From positions 2,149 through 66,148 of the forward strand of contig JAEDLW010000001.1 in NCBI GenBank assembly GCA_016295035.1: 64,000 nucleotides of DNA, written 5' to 3'. This stretch comes from Paludibacteraceae bacterium (GTDB lineage: Bacteria > Bacteroidota > Bacteroidia > Bacteroidales > Paludibacteraceae). Shown here piece after piece: positions 29,791 to 39,319 of the stretch. The position numbers and the translations under genes were made by a program. The number at the start of each line of letters is the position of its first letter. Positions within the stretch are counted from its first letter, which is position 1. The notes under the pieces were generated by a model. That model saw only the letters and a program-made list of their open reading frames with translations, was not told where the DNA came from and did no database searches.

Positions 29791-30948
29791 ATGGCATCTT
29801 TCAAAAACAATGGTAAACTGAAATTGCTAATTATAGTAGGCACACGCCCGGAAATAATCCGTTTAGCTGCTGTAATCAACAAATGTCGACAGTATTTCGA
29901 CACCCTTTTAGTGCATACTGGGCAGAATTACGACTATAACTTAAATGGTATTTTCTTCCGTGACCTTGGCTTGTTAGACCCAGATGTTTATATGAATGCC
30001 GTGGGAAACGACCTTGGCGAGACAATGGGCAATATCATCGCAAAGAGTTATCAACTAATGGTGGATATTCAACCAGAAGCTGTACTCGTTTTGGGAGATA
30101 CAAACTCATGCTTGTCTGTTATAGGTGCCAAACGACTCCATATTCCTATTTTCCATATGGAAGCTGGAAACCGTTGCAAGGACGAATGTCTGCCCGAGGA
30201 AACAAACAGACGTATTGTGGATATTATCTCCGACGTTAACTTAGCTTACAGCGAACATGCTCGTCGCTATTTAGCCGATTGCGGACTGCCTAAGGAGCGT
30301 ACATACGTTACAGGCTCTCCAATGGCCGAAGTTCTGCATGCGAACCTACCACAAATTGAAGCATCAGACATTCATAAACGCCTCGGTTTGCAAAAAGGCA
30401 AATATATTCTTCTTAGTGCACACCGTGAGGAGAATATAGATACAGAAAAAAATTTTCTGTCACTTTTTAACGCCATTAATTCTATGGCTGAAAAATACGA
30501 CATGCCTATTCTATATAGCTGTCATCCTAGATCGCGTAAGCGTCTTGAGGCAAGCGGTTTCCAGTTAGACAAGCGTGTCATACAGCATGAACCACTTGGA
30601 TTCCACGACTATAACTGTCTGCAAATGAACGCTTTTGCAGTCGTGTCCGATAGTGGTACTCTTCCTGAAGAAAGTAGTTTCTTCACGTCGATCGGGCACC
30701 CATTCCCTGCCATATGCATTCGCACATCCACAGAACGACCGGAAGCATTAGACAAAGCATGCTTCTTTATTGCGGGAATTGACGAGCAATCACTTTTACA
30801 AGCCGTTGATTGCGCAGTTGAGATGAATAATAATGCAGACCTCGGTTCACCGGTACCCGACTACACGGATGAGAATGTTTCTACTAAAGTTGTTAAAATA
30901 ATACAGAGTTATACCGGTATTGTCAATAAAATGGTTTGGAGAAAATGA
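29791..30948 (+). CDS. fnlC: UDP-N-acetylglucosamine 2-epimerase, non-hydrolysing (CapG/FnlC type)
   Basis: It has LLIIVGTRPEIIRLA..HTGQNYDY..GDTNS..HMEAGNRC, the epimerase_2 signature. Confidence 0.85.
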   Translation: MASFKNNGKLKLLIIVGTRPEIIRLAAVINKCRQYFDTLLVHTGQNYDYNLNGIFFRDLGLLDPDVYMNAVGNDLGETMGNIIAKSYQLMVDIQPEAVLVLGDTNSCLSVIGAKRLHIPIFHMEAGNRCKDECLPEETNRRIVDIISDVNLAYSEHARRYLADCGLPKERTYVTGSPMAEVLHANLPQIEASDIHKRLGLQKGKYILLSAHREENIDTEKNFLSLFNAINSMAEKYDMPILYSCHPRSRKRLEASGFQLDKRVIQHEPLGFHDYNCLQMNAFAVVSDSGTLPEESSFFTSIGHPFPAICIRTSTERPEALDKACFFIAGIDEQSLLQAVDCAVEMNNNADLGSPVPDYTDENVSTKVVKIIQSYTGIVNKMVWRK

Positions 30949-31358
30949 GTCTTCGCAGCAAACTTTGGACTATCTTAACGAATGCTTATCCCGAATTCTT
31001 GCGCAGATGGTATAAAATGGATTTAGGGAAAGGTGTTCGTATTGCACATAAAGCGCATTTGGACAAAAGTATCAATCCTAAAGGTATTCACATTGGAGAT
31101 CGTAGTTGGATACTAAATGGTGCTTTTGTAATGGCACACGATCACTGTCGTGCACTACGTACAGACACATATATTGGTCACGATTGTGTGGTTGGCATTA
31201 ATGCAATTATTATGCCCGGTGTGCATATAGGAGACGAAGTCGTCATAGGAAGCGGAGCTATTGTTACCAAAGATATACCTTCTAATAGTATAGCTGTCGG
31301 GAATCCAGCCAAAATAATCAAAACGAATATTCATGTCTATAATGGACAATTAAAATAA
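30945..31358 (+). CDS. Hexapeptide-repeat O-acetyltransferase (WbbJ/WcaF-like)
   Basis: It has LbH repeats ([37 protein letters not shown]). ATGA overlap with the fnlC stop. Confidence 0.75.
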   Translation: MSLRSKLWTILTNAYPEFLRRWYKMDLGKGVRIAHKAHLDKSINPKGIHIGDRSWILNGAFVMAHDHCRALRTDTYIGHDCVVGINAIIMPGVHIGDEVVIGSGAIVTKDIPSNSIAVGNPAKIIKTNIHVYNGQLK

Positions 31359-31966
31359 TGTACAAACATTGCCTCAAACGCATATTTGACTTCACTATTG
31401 CTCTTGTTGCAATACTTTGCCTTAGTCCACTTTTCATTATAGTGTACATTTGTTTGTGTTGGACAAACAAAGGTGCAGGCGTGTTTTTTACGCAAGAGAG
31501 ACCCGGAAAAGATGAAAAAATATTCCGTGTTGTTAAGTTTAAATCCATGACGGATGAAAAAGATGAAAACGGAAATTTGCTTCCGGATGCACAACGGCTA
31601 ACAGCTATCGGCAAATTTATCCGAAAAACCTCTATTGATGAACTGCCACAATTGTTCAACGTCCTTAAGGGAGACATGGCTCTTATTGGGCCACGTCCGC
31701 TATTAGTTAAATACTTACCTTTATACTCCCCAGAACAACATCGGCGTCATGAAGTACGACCTGGTATCACAGGCTGGGCACAAGTAAACGGACGAAATGC
31801 CATAACACATACCAAAAAATTCGAGTACGATGTGTGGTATGTGGACCATTTAACATTCACATTAGACCTGAAAATAATATTCATGACTATTCATAATGTG
31901 TTGCACCGTAAAGACATTTCTCACGAAGGAGTTGCCACGGCGGAACCATTCAATGGTCGTAACTAA
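31358..31966 (+). CDS. Small monotopic undecaprenyl-phosphate sugar-phosphate transferase (PglC/WcfS-like initiating PGT)
   Basis: The 202-aa protein has [22 protein letters not shown] and the motif [21 protein letters not shown] of the bacterial sugar transferase family. Confidence 0.85.
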   Translation: MYKHCLKRIFDFTIALVAILCLSPLFIIVYICLCWTNKGAGVFFTQERPGKDEKIFRVVKFKSMTDEKDENGNLLPDAQRLTAIGKFIRKTSIDELPQLFNVLKGDMALIGPRPLLVKYLPLYSPEQHRRHEVRPGITGWAQVNGRNAITHTKKFEYDVWYVDHLTFTLDLKIIFMTIHNVLHRKDISHEGVATAEPFNGRN

Positions 31967-31976
31967 AAACTACGGT

Positions 31977-33221
31977 ATGAATAAACGAATTTATTTGTGC
32001 CTCGCGCACATGAGTGGAAACGAACAGAAGTATATCCAAGAAGCCTTTGATACCAACTGGGTGGTTCCATTGGGACCAAATGTCAATGGTTTTGAAGATG
32101 ATCTCAAGCGCTTTGTCGGTCAGGATAAGCAAGTAGTTGCCTTGTCTTCCGGTACAGCCGCTATTCATCTCGCGCTCATTGCATGTGGCGTGCAAGCTGG
32201 TGATGAAGTCATCTGCCAATCATTTACGTTTTGTGCCTCATCTAATCCGGTAGCTTATTTGGGGGCCACACCGATATTTGTAGACTCAGAGCCGGATTCT
32301 TGGAACATGAATCCTGTCCTTCTTGAAAGAGCTATCATTGATCGGAAAACTAAAACAGGAAACTACCCAAAGGCTATTATACCAGTAGCACTATACGGCA
32401 TGCCATATCTCATTGAGGAAATCATGGCGATTGCAAATAAATATAATATCCCTGTTATCGAAGATGCAGCAGAAGGTATGGGGTCGCGATGGGACGGACA
32501 AGTATTAGGCACATTCGGTGAATTCGGCATTTTATCCTTTAATGGTAATAAAATGATTACAACCTCAGGCGGAGGAGCACTGATTTGCAAAGACACTGAG
32601 GACAAACAAAAAATCATGTGGTACGCCACACAAGCACGCGAAGCATACCCATACTACCAGCACGAGGCTATCGGTTATAACTACCGTTTATCGAATATCT
32701 GCGCAGGTATAGGTCGCGGGCAGATGACTGTGTTGAATGCACATATTAACCATCATAAGCATATTGCGCAACTATACCGCGAAGCGTTTGCAAACATTGA
32801 AGGTATCACTTTCCATGACGCCCCATCTACAAAACACGACCCAAATTTCTGGCTAAACACCATCACACTGGACGAAAACCTCCATATTAAAGGCGAAGAA
32901 AATGCATATGCAGAGGCTATTCAAGGTGCAGTAGGCGGTGCTGCTGGCGTTGTACATGGTGGAGGTAGTATTCACACAAGTTGTGAGCCAAACCGTAATG
33001 TCGAAGCAATGCGACTCTTTCTTGATTCAGCCGGAATAGAGAGTCGCCCTCTTTGGAAGCCTATGCACAAACAACCAGTATATGCATCAAGTCCTGCATA
33101 TATAGACGGCACTGCAGAATCAATTTTCCATAAAGGACTTTGTTTGCCTTCCGGACCCATGGTTACAGACGAAGATGTAGCATACATAATCGCTAAAATC
33201 CGAGAAGCAATAAAAGGGTAA
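31977..33221 (+). CDS. DegT/DnrJ/EryC1-family sugar aminotransferase (WcfR/PglE-like)
   Basis: I trimmed the start to MNKRIYLCLAHMSGNEQKYIQEAFDTNWV. The PLP lysine region is LSFNGNKMITT. It is adjacent to the PGT, as in AATGal/bacillosamine-type pathways. Confidence 0.8.
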   Translation: MNKRIYLCLAHMSGNEQKYIQEAFDTNWVVPLGPNVNGFEDDLKRFVGQDKQVVALSSGTAAIHLALIACGVQAGDEVICQSFTFCASSNPVAYLGATPIFVDSEPDSWNMNPVLLERAIIDRKTKTGNYPKAIIPVALYGMPYLIEEIMAIANKYNIPVIEDAAEGMGSRWDGQVLGTFGEFGILSFNGNKMITTSGGGALICKDTEDKQKIMWYATQAREAYPYYQHEAIGYNYRLSNICAGIGRGQMTVLNAHINHHKHIAQLYREAFANIEGITFHDAPSTKHDPNFWLNTITLDENLHIKGEENAYAEAIQGAVGGAAGVVHGGGSIHTSCEPNRNVEAMRLFLDSAGIESRPLWKPMHKQPVYASSPAYIDGTAESIFHKGLCLPSGPMVTDEDVAYIIAKIREAIKG

Positions 33222-33242
33222 ACAACTATAATATAACTCATT

Positions 33243-34193
33243 ATGGCATTTTTTGGACTATTCGGAAAAGATAAAAAAGAGACATTGGATAAAGGTCTCG
33301 AAAAATCAAAAGAAAGCGTGCTTAGCAAGATTAGCCACGCCATTGCCGGGAAATCAACCGTAGATGACGATGTGCTTGATAACTTAGAGGAAGCACTCAT
33401 CACCTCTGACGTAGGAGTTGAAACAACGCTGAAGATCATTGAGCGTATTCAAGAACGCGTCAAACGGGATAAATATATTGGAATAACCGAATTCAACGCA
33501 CTTTTAGTCGATGAAGTGGCTGATATGTTGTCCGAGCATGATACTGATATTCGCGATTTCACCGAGCCTTTACCAGCAAAACCGTACGTGATAATGGTTG
33601 TAGGAGTCAATGGTGTAGGAAAAACTACAACTATCGGTAAGTTAGCATACCAATACAAAAAAGCGGGCAAAAAAGTCTACCTCGGTGCAGCGGATACTTT
33701 CAGAGCAGCGGCAGTAGAGCAATTATGTATATGGGGTGAACGTGTAGGAGTGCCGGTTATTAAGCAACAACAAGGCTCTGATCCTGCTTCTGTAGCATAT
33801 GACACGATTGCTAGCGCAAAAGCCAACGATGCCGATGTCGTGCTCATCGATACTGCGGGGCGTCTGCACAACAAAATAAATCTCATGAATGAGTTGACTA
33901 AAATTAAGTCTGTCATGCAGAAAGTCGTACCCGATGCACCGCACGATATTATGTTGGTTTTGGACGGTTCCACAGGACAAAATGCTTTTGAACAAGCCAA
34001 ACAATTCACACGTGCTACACAAGTTACCAGTCTCGCCATCACCAAACTTGATGGAACCGCCAAAGGTGGCGTGGTCATCGGAATTAGTGATCAATTCAAA
34101 ATTCCTGTTCATTATATTGGTTTGGGCGAAAAAATGGAAGACCTACAGGCCTTCCATAAAGAAGAATTCGTTAAGTCGCTTTTAGGCGTCTAA
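33243..34193 (+). CDS. ftsY: Signal recognition particle receptor FtsY
   Basis: It has GVNGVGKTTTIGKLA, DTAGRLHN, TKLDGTAKGG, the SRP54-type GTPase motifs. Confidence 0.93.
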   Translation: MAFFGLFGKDKKETLDKGLEKSKESVLSKISHAIAGKSTVDDDVLDNLEEALITSDVGVETTLKIIERIQERVKRDKYIGITEFNALLVDEVADMLSEHDTDIRDFTEPLPAKPYVIMVVGVNGVGKTTTIGKLAYQYKKAGKKVYLGAADTFRAAAVEQLCIWGERVGVPVIKQQQGSDPASVAYDTIASAKANDADVVLIDTAGRLHNKINLMNELTKIKSVMQKVVPDAPHDIMLVLDGSTGQNAFEQAKQFTRATQVTSLAITKLDGTAKGGVVIGISDQFKIPVHYIGLGEKMEDLQAFHKEEFVKSLLGV

Positions 34194-34209
34194 CCTACTC
34201 GACTCAAGT

Positions 34210-35358
34210 TTAGCGTCTGGTTGAAACACCACCGCCACCACGGCTACTTCCACCGCCTGAATAACTGCTTCCACCTCCGGAAGAGTAAGAACCACGGCTG
34301 CTGCTTCCAGATGAATAAGTGCTCGCTGAGCGAGTACTGCTACCACTGCTATGGTACGACGATTGACCACCAGAGGATGAATAACGAGGAGAAGAAGATA
34401 CGCTGCTCGAACTGCTACGAGTTGTAGATGCACCATTATAACTGCTGCGCGTTGAAGCACCGGAGGACGAATAACTACTTCTCGTCGAGGCTCCGGAAGA
34501 CGTATAACTGCTCCGCGTTGATGAAGCCGATTGTGAACTGCGGGCTGAAGATGCTGTCGATGTCGATGAAGTGCCATGTTGTGCAGGAACGGCCGCAGAA
34601 GTACGAGATGATGATCGTCTCGGTGACTCCAACTGGCGTGCATTTACTACACCTACATTACGTTTGTCAAACGAACTCTCTGCATGCGATGTCGCGTACT
34701 CGCGACGACTTACACCCTCCGCCATTCGGTGAGAAGACGGACGAGCTTCTTTTGCATAATGGAAACTGCAGCCATAGTGATGATGATGAAAATCATAGCA
34801 GTGGTGGTAGTAAGCATGATAACCTATGCATGAATAAGGTCTCCACCAACCCGGCCAGTAATCCCAATACCAAGGAGAGTGCCAGCAAGTCCAATAAGGT
34901 GCCCAGAACCAATCATAAATAACCGGTCTGTAAATGTATACAGGTTCAATTACATAGTTAGCGCCATAGATATACTCATCACCAATTATTTGTACCGAGA
35001 CGTTGTTGGCCTCATCTTTCTCAACATAAATACTTGCCACATCTTGGTAAATGTCCTTAGCCAAAACAGCTTGAAGCACAATCAAGTGCTTGTTGCCGCT
35101 TGTCGTTTCTATCACACGAATATAATCAACATCACCATCACCATTGAGATCCAAATTTACCAAAGCCTGGTCGGGGTCGTTTAACTTTCTCTCAAAGTCC
35201 TCTAAGTCCTTCGCCTCGCCAAAGAGTTTGGCTACAACTTTGAGGTCGAGGTTTGCTGAGATGTCACTGTTGGTGGCTGTAACGGTAATCGTTTCGTCAG
35301 CCCATGCTATAGCGCTGCTAATCAGCAGGATAGCGAAAAGATAAGTTAAACGTTTCAT
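34210..35358 (-). CDS. Secreted hypothetical protein with a Ca-binding-like loop, a Trp/Tyr/His/Cys-rich segment and a ~150-aa Ser/Arg/Gly/Tyr low-complexity tail
   Basis: I used the ATG at 35358 (MKRLTYLFAILLISSAIAWA signal peptide); the track start at 35364 is GTG. It contains DLNGDGDVDY, WFWAPYWTCWHSPWYWDYWPGWW, HAYYHHCYDFHHHHYGC and the tail SSGASTRSSY...GGGSSRGGGG. Confidence 0.6.
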   Translation of the reverse strand: MKRLTYLFAILLISSAIAWADETITVTATNSDISANLDLKVVAKLFGEAKDLEDFERKLNDPDQALVNLDLNGDGDVDYIRVIETTSGNKHLIVLQAVLAKDIYQDVASIYVEKDEANNVSVQIIGDEYIYGANYVIEPVYIYRPVIYDWFWAPYWTCWHSPWYWDYWPGWWRPYSCIGYHAYYHHCYDFHHHHYGCSFHYAKEARPSSHRMAEGVSRREYATSHAESSFDKRNVGVVNARQLESPRRSSSRTSAAVPAQHGTSSTSTASSARSSQSASSTRSSYTSSGASTRSSYSSSGASTRSSYNGASTTRSSSSSVSSSPRYSSSGGQSSYHSSGSSTRSASTYSSGSSSRGSYSSGGGSSYSGGGSSRGGGGVSTRR

Positions 35359-35360
35359 AG

Positions 35361-36614
35361 TCACACAAGATTTAAATTGTGATGCATTTTCTCCTTCTTG
35401 GTCTGCATGTATCGCAGGTTATAGGGGTTTGGAGTAACCTCTATGCTCACATTCTCTACAATTTCTATGCCATAACTCTCCAAACCAACTCTTTTTACAG
35501 GATTGTTTGTCATCAGACGTAGTTTGCGAGCACCTAATTCGCGCAGTATGTGCGCACCTACTCCATAATCTCTTTCATCAGGGCGAAAACCCAAATGTAC
35601 ATTAGCTTCCACCGTATCTTCACCTTGTTCTTGCAACTTATACGCGCGAATTTTGTTCATTAGGCCTATTCCACGACCTTCTTGATTCATATAAACAATC
35701 ACGCCTTTGCCCTCTTTATCAATTTTACGCATAGCTTCATGCAACTGTTCGCCGCACTCACAACGACGTGAACCAAACACATCACCTGTCATACAACTGC
35801 TATGAACACGGCAAAGAACAGCCTCATCCTCTTTCCACTCACCTTTTACTAAGGCTACATGTTCCAAACCATTAGTCAAATCCTTGAACGGAGTCAATTG
35901 GAACTCACCATATTCTGTTGGAAGGAATACCGTATCACCACGTTCTACAAGTACATGTTCCTCAAAACGCTCGATTTCATCGACATTTTCACCTGATTTT
36001 TTAAACTTCTCACCCTTACTTAATCGATACGCTATGAGGTCCTTGATTGATATCAGTTTTAGGCCATACTCTTGCGCTACTTTTTCCAACTGAGGCAAAC
36101 GGGCCATCGTGCCATCCTGATTCATGATTTCTATCAGCGCGGCGGCTGGTGTCAGTCCCGACAAACGACATAAATCTATAGCGGCCTCGGTATGTCCTGC
36201 ACGCTGAAGCACGCCATGATTTTTGGCATAAAGCGGATTAATATGTCCTGGTCTACCAAAGGTAGAAGGTGTCGATTTAGGGTCCGCCAAGGCACGAATG
36301 GTCGCAGCGCGGTCGGCTGCTGAAACACCAGTCGTACAGCCTTCCAGTTTATCTACCGTCACAGTGAAAGGAGTTCCCAACATCGACGTGTTATTCGCCA
36401 CCTGGTGCATCAAATCAAGCTCTGCACAACGGCTTTCCGTTATCGGAGCGCATAATACACCACGTCCATGCTGCAGCATAAAATTTACCTTCTCAGGAGT
36501 AATTTTCTCTGCCGCTATTATAAAATCGCCTTCATTCTCGCGGTCTTCGTCGTCTACAACAATCACGAACTCACCCGATTTGAAATCGACTAATGCTTCT
36601 TCAATTTTGTCCAT
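35361..36614 (-). CDS. ribBA: Bifunctional 3,4-dihydroxy-2-butanone-4-phosphate synthase / GTP cyclohydrolase II
   Basis: It has [16 protein letters not shown] and the GCH-II zinc motif [19 protein letters not shown] chose the start at MDKIEEAL (36614); the longer track ORF starts at 36659. Confidence 0.9.
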   Translation of the reverse strand: MDKIEEALVDFKSGEFVIVVDDEDRENEGDFIIAAEKITPEKVNFMLQHGRGVLCAPITESRCAELDLMHQVANNTSMLGTPFTVTVDKLEGCTTGVSAADRAATIRALADPKSTPSTFGRPGHINPLYAKNHGVLQRAGHTEAAIDLCRLSGLTPAAALIEIMNQDGTMARLPQLEKVAQEYGLKLISIKDLIAYRLSKGEKFKKSGENVDEIERFEEHVLVERGDTVFLPTEYGEFQLTPFKDLTNGLEHVALVKGEWKEDEAVLCRVHSSCMTGDVFGSRRCECGEQLHEAMRKIDKEGKGVIVYMNQEGRGIGLMNKIRAYKLQEQGEDTVEANVHLGFRPDERDYGVGAHILRELGARKLRLMTNNPVKRVGLESYGIEIVENVSIEVTPNPYNLRYMQTKKEKMHHNLNLV

Positions 36615-38071
36615 TTTGCTATAACTTTCACTTTTATTCTTTCGTAAACTTTTGCCCATACTTCTGGGTTAAACATACCGGAATCTGTTGCAGCCTTATA
36701 GGTAAGGAATCCGCCTATTGGCAATAAGGCAAACGAACTCAACCACATCCCGGTCCATACAGGCCAAAAGGCTTCGCGAGCCATCTTATAACCGGTATTG
36801 TCGATGATGTAGTATATGATAAACATAATCACCGAAATAACTACCGGAGCACCTAAACCACCTTTGCGAATAATTGCTCCCAAAGGGGCACCGATAAAGA
36901 AAAATATCAGACACGCAAACGCCAACGTGAACTTGCGATGCAGTTCTATCTCATGTTTCCGAATATATCGCTTGTAATCATCCAAAAGCATCGCGTTATA
37001 TTTAATCTGATCCTCCTGAATGCGCACTTTGTCCAGCATAGAGTTAATCATCGCACGTTTTTGGCGGTCAGTCATATGAGCATAAAGGGAATCTACATCA
37101 TACTCTATCCGTTCCTCCTTGGTCACAGGATGCAGTATGCGACCATTCTGATTCTCACGGCCAAAATAACTTTTCTCCACCAGTTTCTCGCTTTGTTGAC
37201 GACTCTTGCTTTGTGCTACAACTTGCACACTATCCACAGATCTAATCAACTGCACCACATTCTTCGACACATGCTGATCTTGCAAAATAGACTCATCATA
37301 GCGGTTCAGTTCCGTGTTGAAATCTTTCAGGATCTGCTTGCGATTAAAGGTCTCGCGGCGATACGGAATATTCTTCTGTGTGGCCGTCGCTTTCTGCTGC
37401 TTCTGATCCAAGTTCTCAAAGGATTCACCACTGTATAACGTCAGTAACAAGTGCTGTTTGTCCTTCGTAATCTGTATCAAACCTGAGTCGGCAACAATTA
37501 CCGTAGCATTCTTAAAGCCATCCGAAAAATCATATAACATCAAGCCGTACAGCATACCGGTTTTGTTATTCTTTTGGCGCACATAAACGTTAGTTCCACC
37601 TATTCCATCGTAGAATTCGCCCACAGGAATATCCAATTCCGGAGACTTCTGACGAAGCGAGAAAATCAACGCCCATAACTTCGTCTGCGATTTCGGAAGC
37701 ACATTATTGGAAAAGAAGAATGCGCCAACACTCACTATCGCTATCGCAATTGCTAACGGCTGCATGATGCGAAATAACGATATCCCAGCGGCTTTCATCG
37801 CCGTCAACTCAAACTTCTCACCTAAATTACCGAAAGAAATTAGAGAAGCAAGAAGTATCGCCAATGGTAAGGCCAATGGCACAACAGAAGCCGTCGCATA
37901 GATAAAGAACTCCGCCAGCACAGAGATCTCCACACCTTTACCGACCAAGTCCTTCACATGCATCCACACAAACTGCATAAGCAGAATGAAGATAGCGATG
38001 AAAAACGTCGCCATAAACAACCCAAGAAAATTCTTGAGCAAATAAATATCTAATTTCTTAACTCCCCTCAA
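36590..38071 (-). CDS. LptF/LptG-family (YjgP/YjgQ) permease
   Basis: The 493-aa protein has the N-terminal motif [20 protein letters not shown] and TM clusters at both ends around a periplasmic insert. The start appears to be TTG. Confidence 0.8.
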   Translation of the reverse strand: MRGVKKLDIYLLKNFLGLFMATFFIAIFILLMQFVWMHVKDLVGKGVEISVLAEFFIYATASVVPLALPLAILLASLISFGNLGEKFELTAMKAAGISLFRIMQPLAIAIAIVSVGAFFFSNNVLPKSQTKLWALIFSLRQKSPELDIPVGEFYDGIGGTNVYVRQKNNKTGMLYGLMLYDFSDGFKNATVIVADSGLIQITKDKQHLLLTLYSGESFENLDQKQQKATATQKNIPYRRETFNRKQILKDFNTELNRYDESILQDQHVSKNVVQLIRSVDSVQVVAQSKSRQQSEKLVEKSYFGRENQNGRILHPVTKEERIEYDVDSLYAHMTDRQKRAMINSMLDKVRIQEDQIKYNAMLLDDYKRYIRKHEIELHRKFTLAFACLIFFFIGAPLGAIIRKGGLGAPVVISVIMFIIYYIIDNTGYKMAREAFWPVWTGMWLSSFALLPIGGFLTYKAATDSGMFNPEVWAKVYERIKVKVIAKWTKLKKH

Positions 38072-38110
38072 TTTGCAACTATCAAGTGTCTACTATATAT
38101 AATCTAATCA

Positions 38111-38593
38111 TTATCCAAGCAGGTCCTCCGAGAAGAAACCAACAGGCATCAGATCAGCAGCATTCTCAAAGATAAATATCTCCTTTTCACCGTACAAAAT
38201 CACCTTCATCGGTTTGCCGTAACGATGCTCTGTTTCTATCATTACTTGTCGGCATGCTCCGCATGGAGCACCGGGCATTTCCGTGAAATGTCCACCCGTG
38301 AAGCATGCAATACAAAGCGTATTCACCGGCACTTCAGGATAATTGGCGCCTGCAGCAAACAGCGTCGTACGTTCTGCGCACAAACCACTGGGATATGCTG
38401 CGTTCTCTTGGTTCGCACCGCGAATAATCACGCCATTATCTAACTTCGCTGCCGCACCCACATGGAATTTTGAATACGGACAGTACGAGTTCTCTGTTTG
38501 GTGTTTGGCAATCTCTACCAACTCTTTTTCCTCTGCTGTCAGTTCGTCAAACGCACAAACTTTTACCTTTGTTTTAATCTCAATGTTTTTCAT
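38111..38593 (-). CDS. cdd: Cytidine deaminase
   Basis: It has the zinc motifs CAERTTLF and PCGACRQ and is 160 aa long. Confidence 0.92.
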   Translation of the reverse strand: MKNIEIKTKVKVCAFDELTAEEKELVEIAKHQTENSYCPYSKFHVGAAAKLDNGVIIRGANQENAAYPSGLCAERTTLFAAGANYPEVPVNTLCIACFTGGHFTEMPGAPCGACRQVMIETEHRYGKPMKVILYGEKEIFIFENAADLMPVGFFSEDLLG

Positions 38594-38704
38594 ATTTTAG
38601 GTATTTTTAAATGTTATAATCTCAATGTTTTTAATATTTTTAGGTATTTTTAAATGTTATAATATCAATGTTTTCAATATTTTTAGGTATTTTTAAATGT
38701 TAAT
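38579..38704. repeat. Three tandem copies of a 41-43 bp unit spanning the cdd start codon and upstream region
   Basis: The copies are 38579-38620, 38621-38663 and 38664-38704, with unit ctcaatgttttt(c/a)atattttt aggtatttttaaatgttataat. Only copy 1 carries the ATG; the equivalent triplet in copies 2 and 3 is ATT. Confidence 0.9.
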
Positions 38705-38833
38705 TTCTACTTCAAAATCGTTAACTCCAATGTTCTATGCAAAATATTGCATACTACGACGCCGCAAAATTACTACAAATATCTGACATAGACAAAAAAA
38801 TTGGCAAAAAAATAGAATTTATTATATTTTTTA

Positions 38834-38943
38834 GGCGGATTGTTTGGATATACCCCGGGCTACGCGAACATAAGTTCGGGGGAATTGCGTAGTGCTTGGT
38901 AGAAGTACGGAGCAAGGCAGATGTCCGAAAGTACTACTTTTTT
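38834..38943 (+). ncRNA. Candidate small RNA (~110 nt) with possible pseudoknot and an intrinsic terminator; identity unknown
   Basis: CCCCG (38853-57) can pair with CGGGG (38877-81), interleaved with CTACGC (38860-65) pairing GCGTAG (38887-92). A 3' hairpin GTACGG (38905-10) with CCG..GTAC (38925-34) is followed by TTTTTT (38938-43). Only a weak TATATTTT box lies upstream. There is no ORF. Confidence 0.3.
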
Positions 38944-38986
38944 CGACAAATTTATCATTTTTCTTGCATATATCCCAAAATTGTCG

Positions 38987-38994
38987 TACCTTTG
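38987..38994 (+). promoter_or_regulatory. -7 box TACCTTTG in a stable-RNA-like promoter module
   Basis: cTTGCatatatcccaaaattgtcgTACCTTTGCAGCC shares GTAC(C/T)TTTGCAGCC with the tRNA-Glu, tRNA-Ala and ffs promoters. Confidence 0.55.
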
Positions 38995-38999
38995 CAGCC

Positions 39000-39272
39000 T
39001 GAAAGGTATTTATGCCATCATTCGTCAGATCTTAGACGTTAAATGGGATGACATATAGTATTACAAGCATTACTATTATTTCGCGTTCGAAAAGAAAAAA
39101 GCCTAGGAAACTGATTTCTCTACGAAACGGGTAAATGCTTCACGAATGCACCTAAAATAGGACATTCCTATACAACTCAATAAGGTTCACTTTGGTGTGG
39201 ACTCTCTATGGGTTGTAGACGGAGGTTCTTCCTAGGCTCCTTCGTGAACGCGAATAGAGGTTCACACTTTTT
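39000..39272 (+). ncRNA. Candidate ~270-nt structured RNA: either a stand-alone ncRNA or a riboswitch-like leader of the downstream GT2 gene
   Basis: There is no ORF longer than about 30 aa. Long-range helices are CGCGTTC (39082-88) with GAACGCG (39246-52), and GCCTAGGAA (39101-09) with TTCCTAGGC (39229-37). The terminator hairpin GTGAAC (39244-49) with GTTCAC (39260-65) plus TTTTT shares GAAC with the closing helix. Confidence 0.4.
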
Positions 39273-39287
39273 ATGTACTCGTTGTCG

Positions 39288-39319
39288 GATTGATAGTTAT
39301 GCATAAACAACTATCAATC
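39288..39319. promoter_or_regulatory. Perfect 11-bp inverted repeat abutting the GT2 start codon
   Basis: GATTGATAGTT (39288-98) pairs with AACTATCAATC (39309-19) across a 10-nt spacer. The ATG is at 39321. Confidence 0.6.

Noticed and set aside
32972-33439. A 155-aa minus-strand ORF bridges the aminotransferase and ftsY.
   Set aside because: It is antisense to two well-supported plus-strand genes and its translation has no motifs.
34182-34922. Alternative-frame ORFs (153 aa minus, 164 aa plus, 68 aa plus) lie in the Ser-rich tail region.
   Set aside because: They are products of the repetitive AGY/CGN-rich sequence. They have extreme composition (H/R/V/L or N/H-rich), no start context and they overlap the signal-peptide-bearing frame.
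38896-38927. GGAGCAAGGCAGATG resembles E. coli 4.5S RNA (AGCCAAGGCAGAUG) and the RNase P GGAGCAAGGC motif, so I considered calling SRP RNA or rnpB here.
   Set aside because: There is no GGAAAGUCC (RNase P CR-I), and no CAGGUC...GAAGCA domain IV core. The arms are too asymmetric for an SRP hairpin. A much better ffs candidate lies at 45919-46018.
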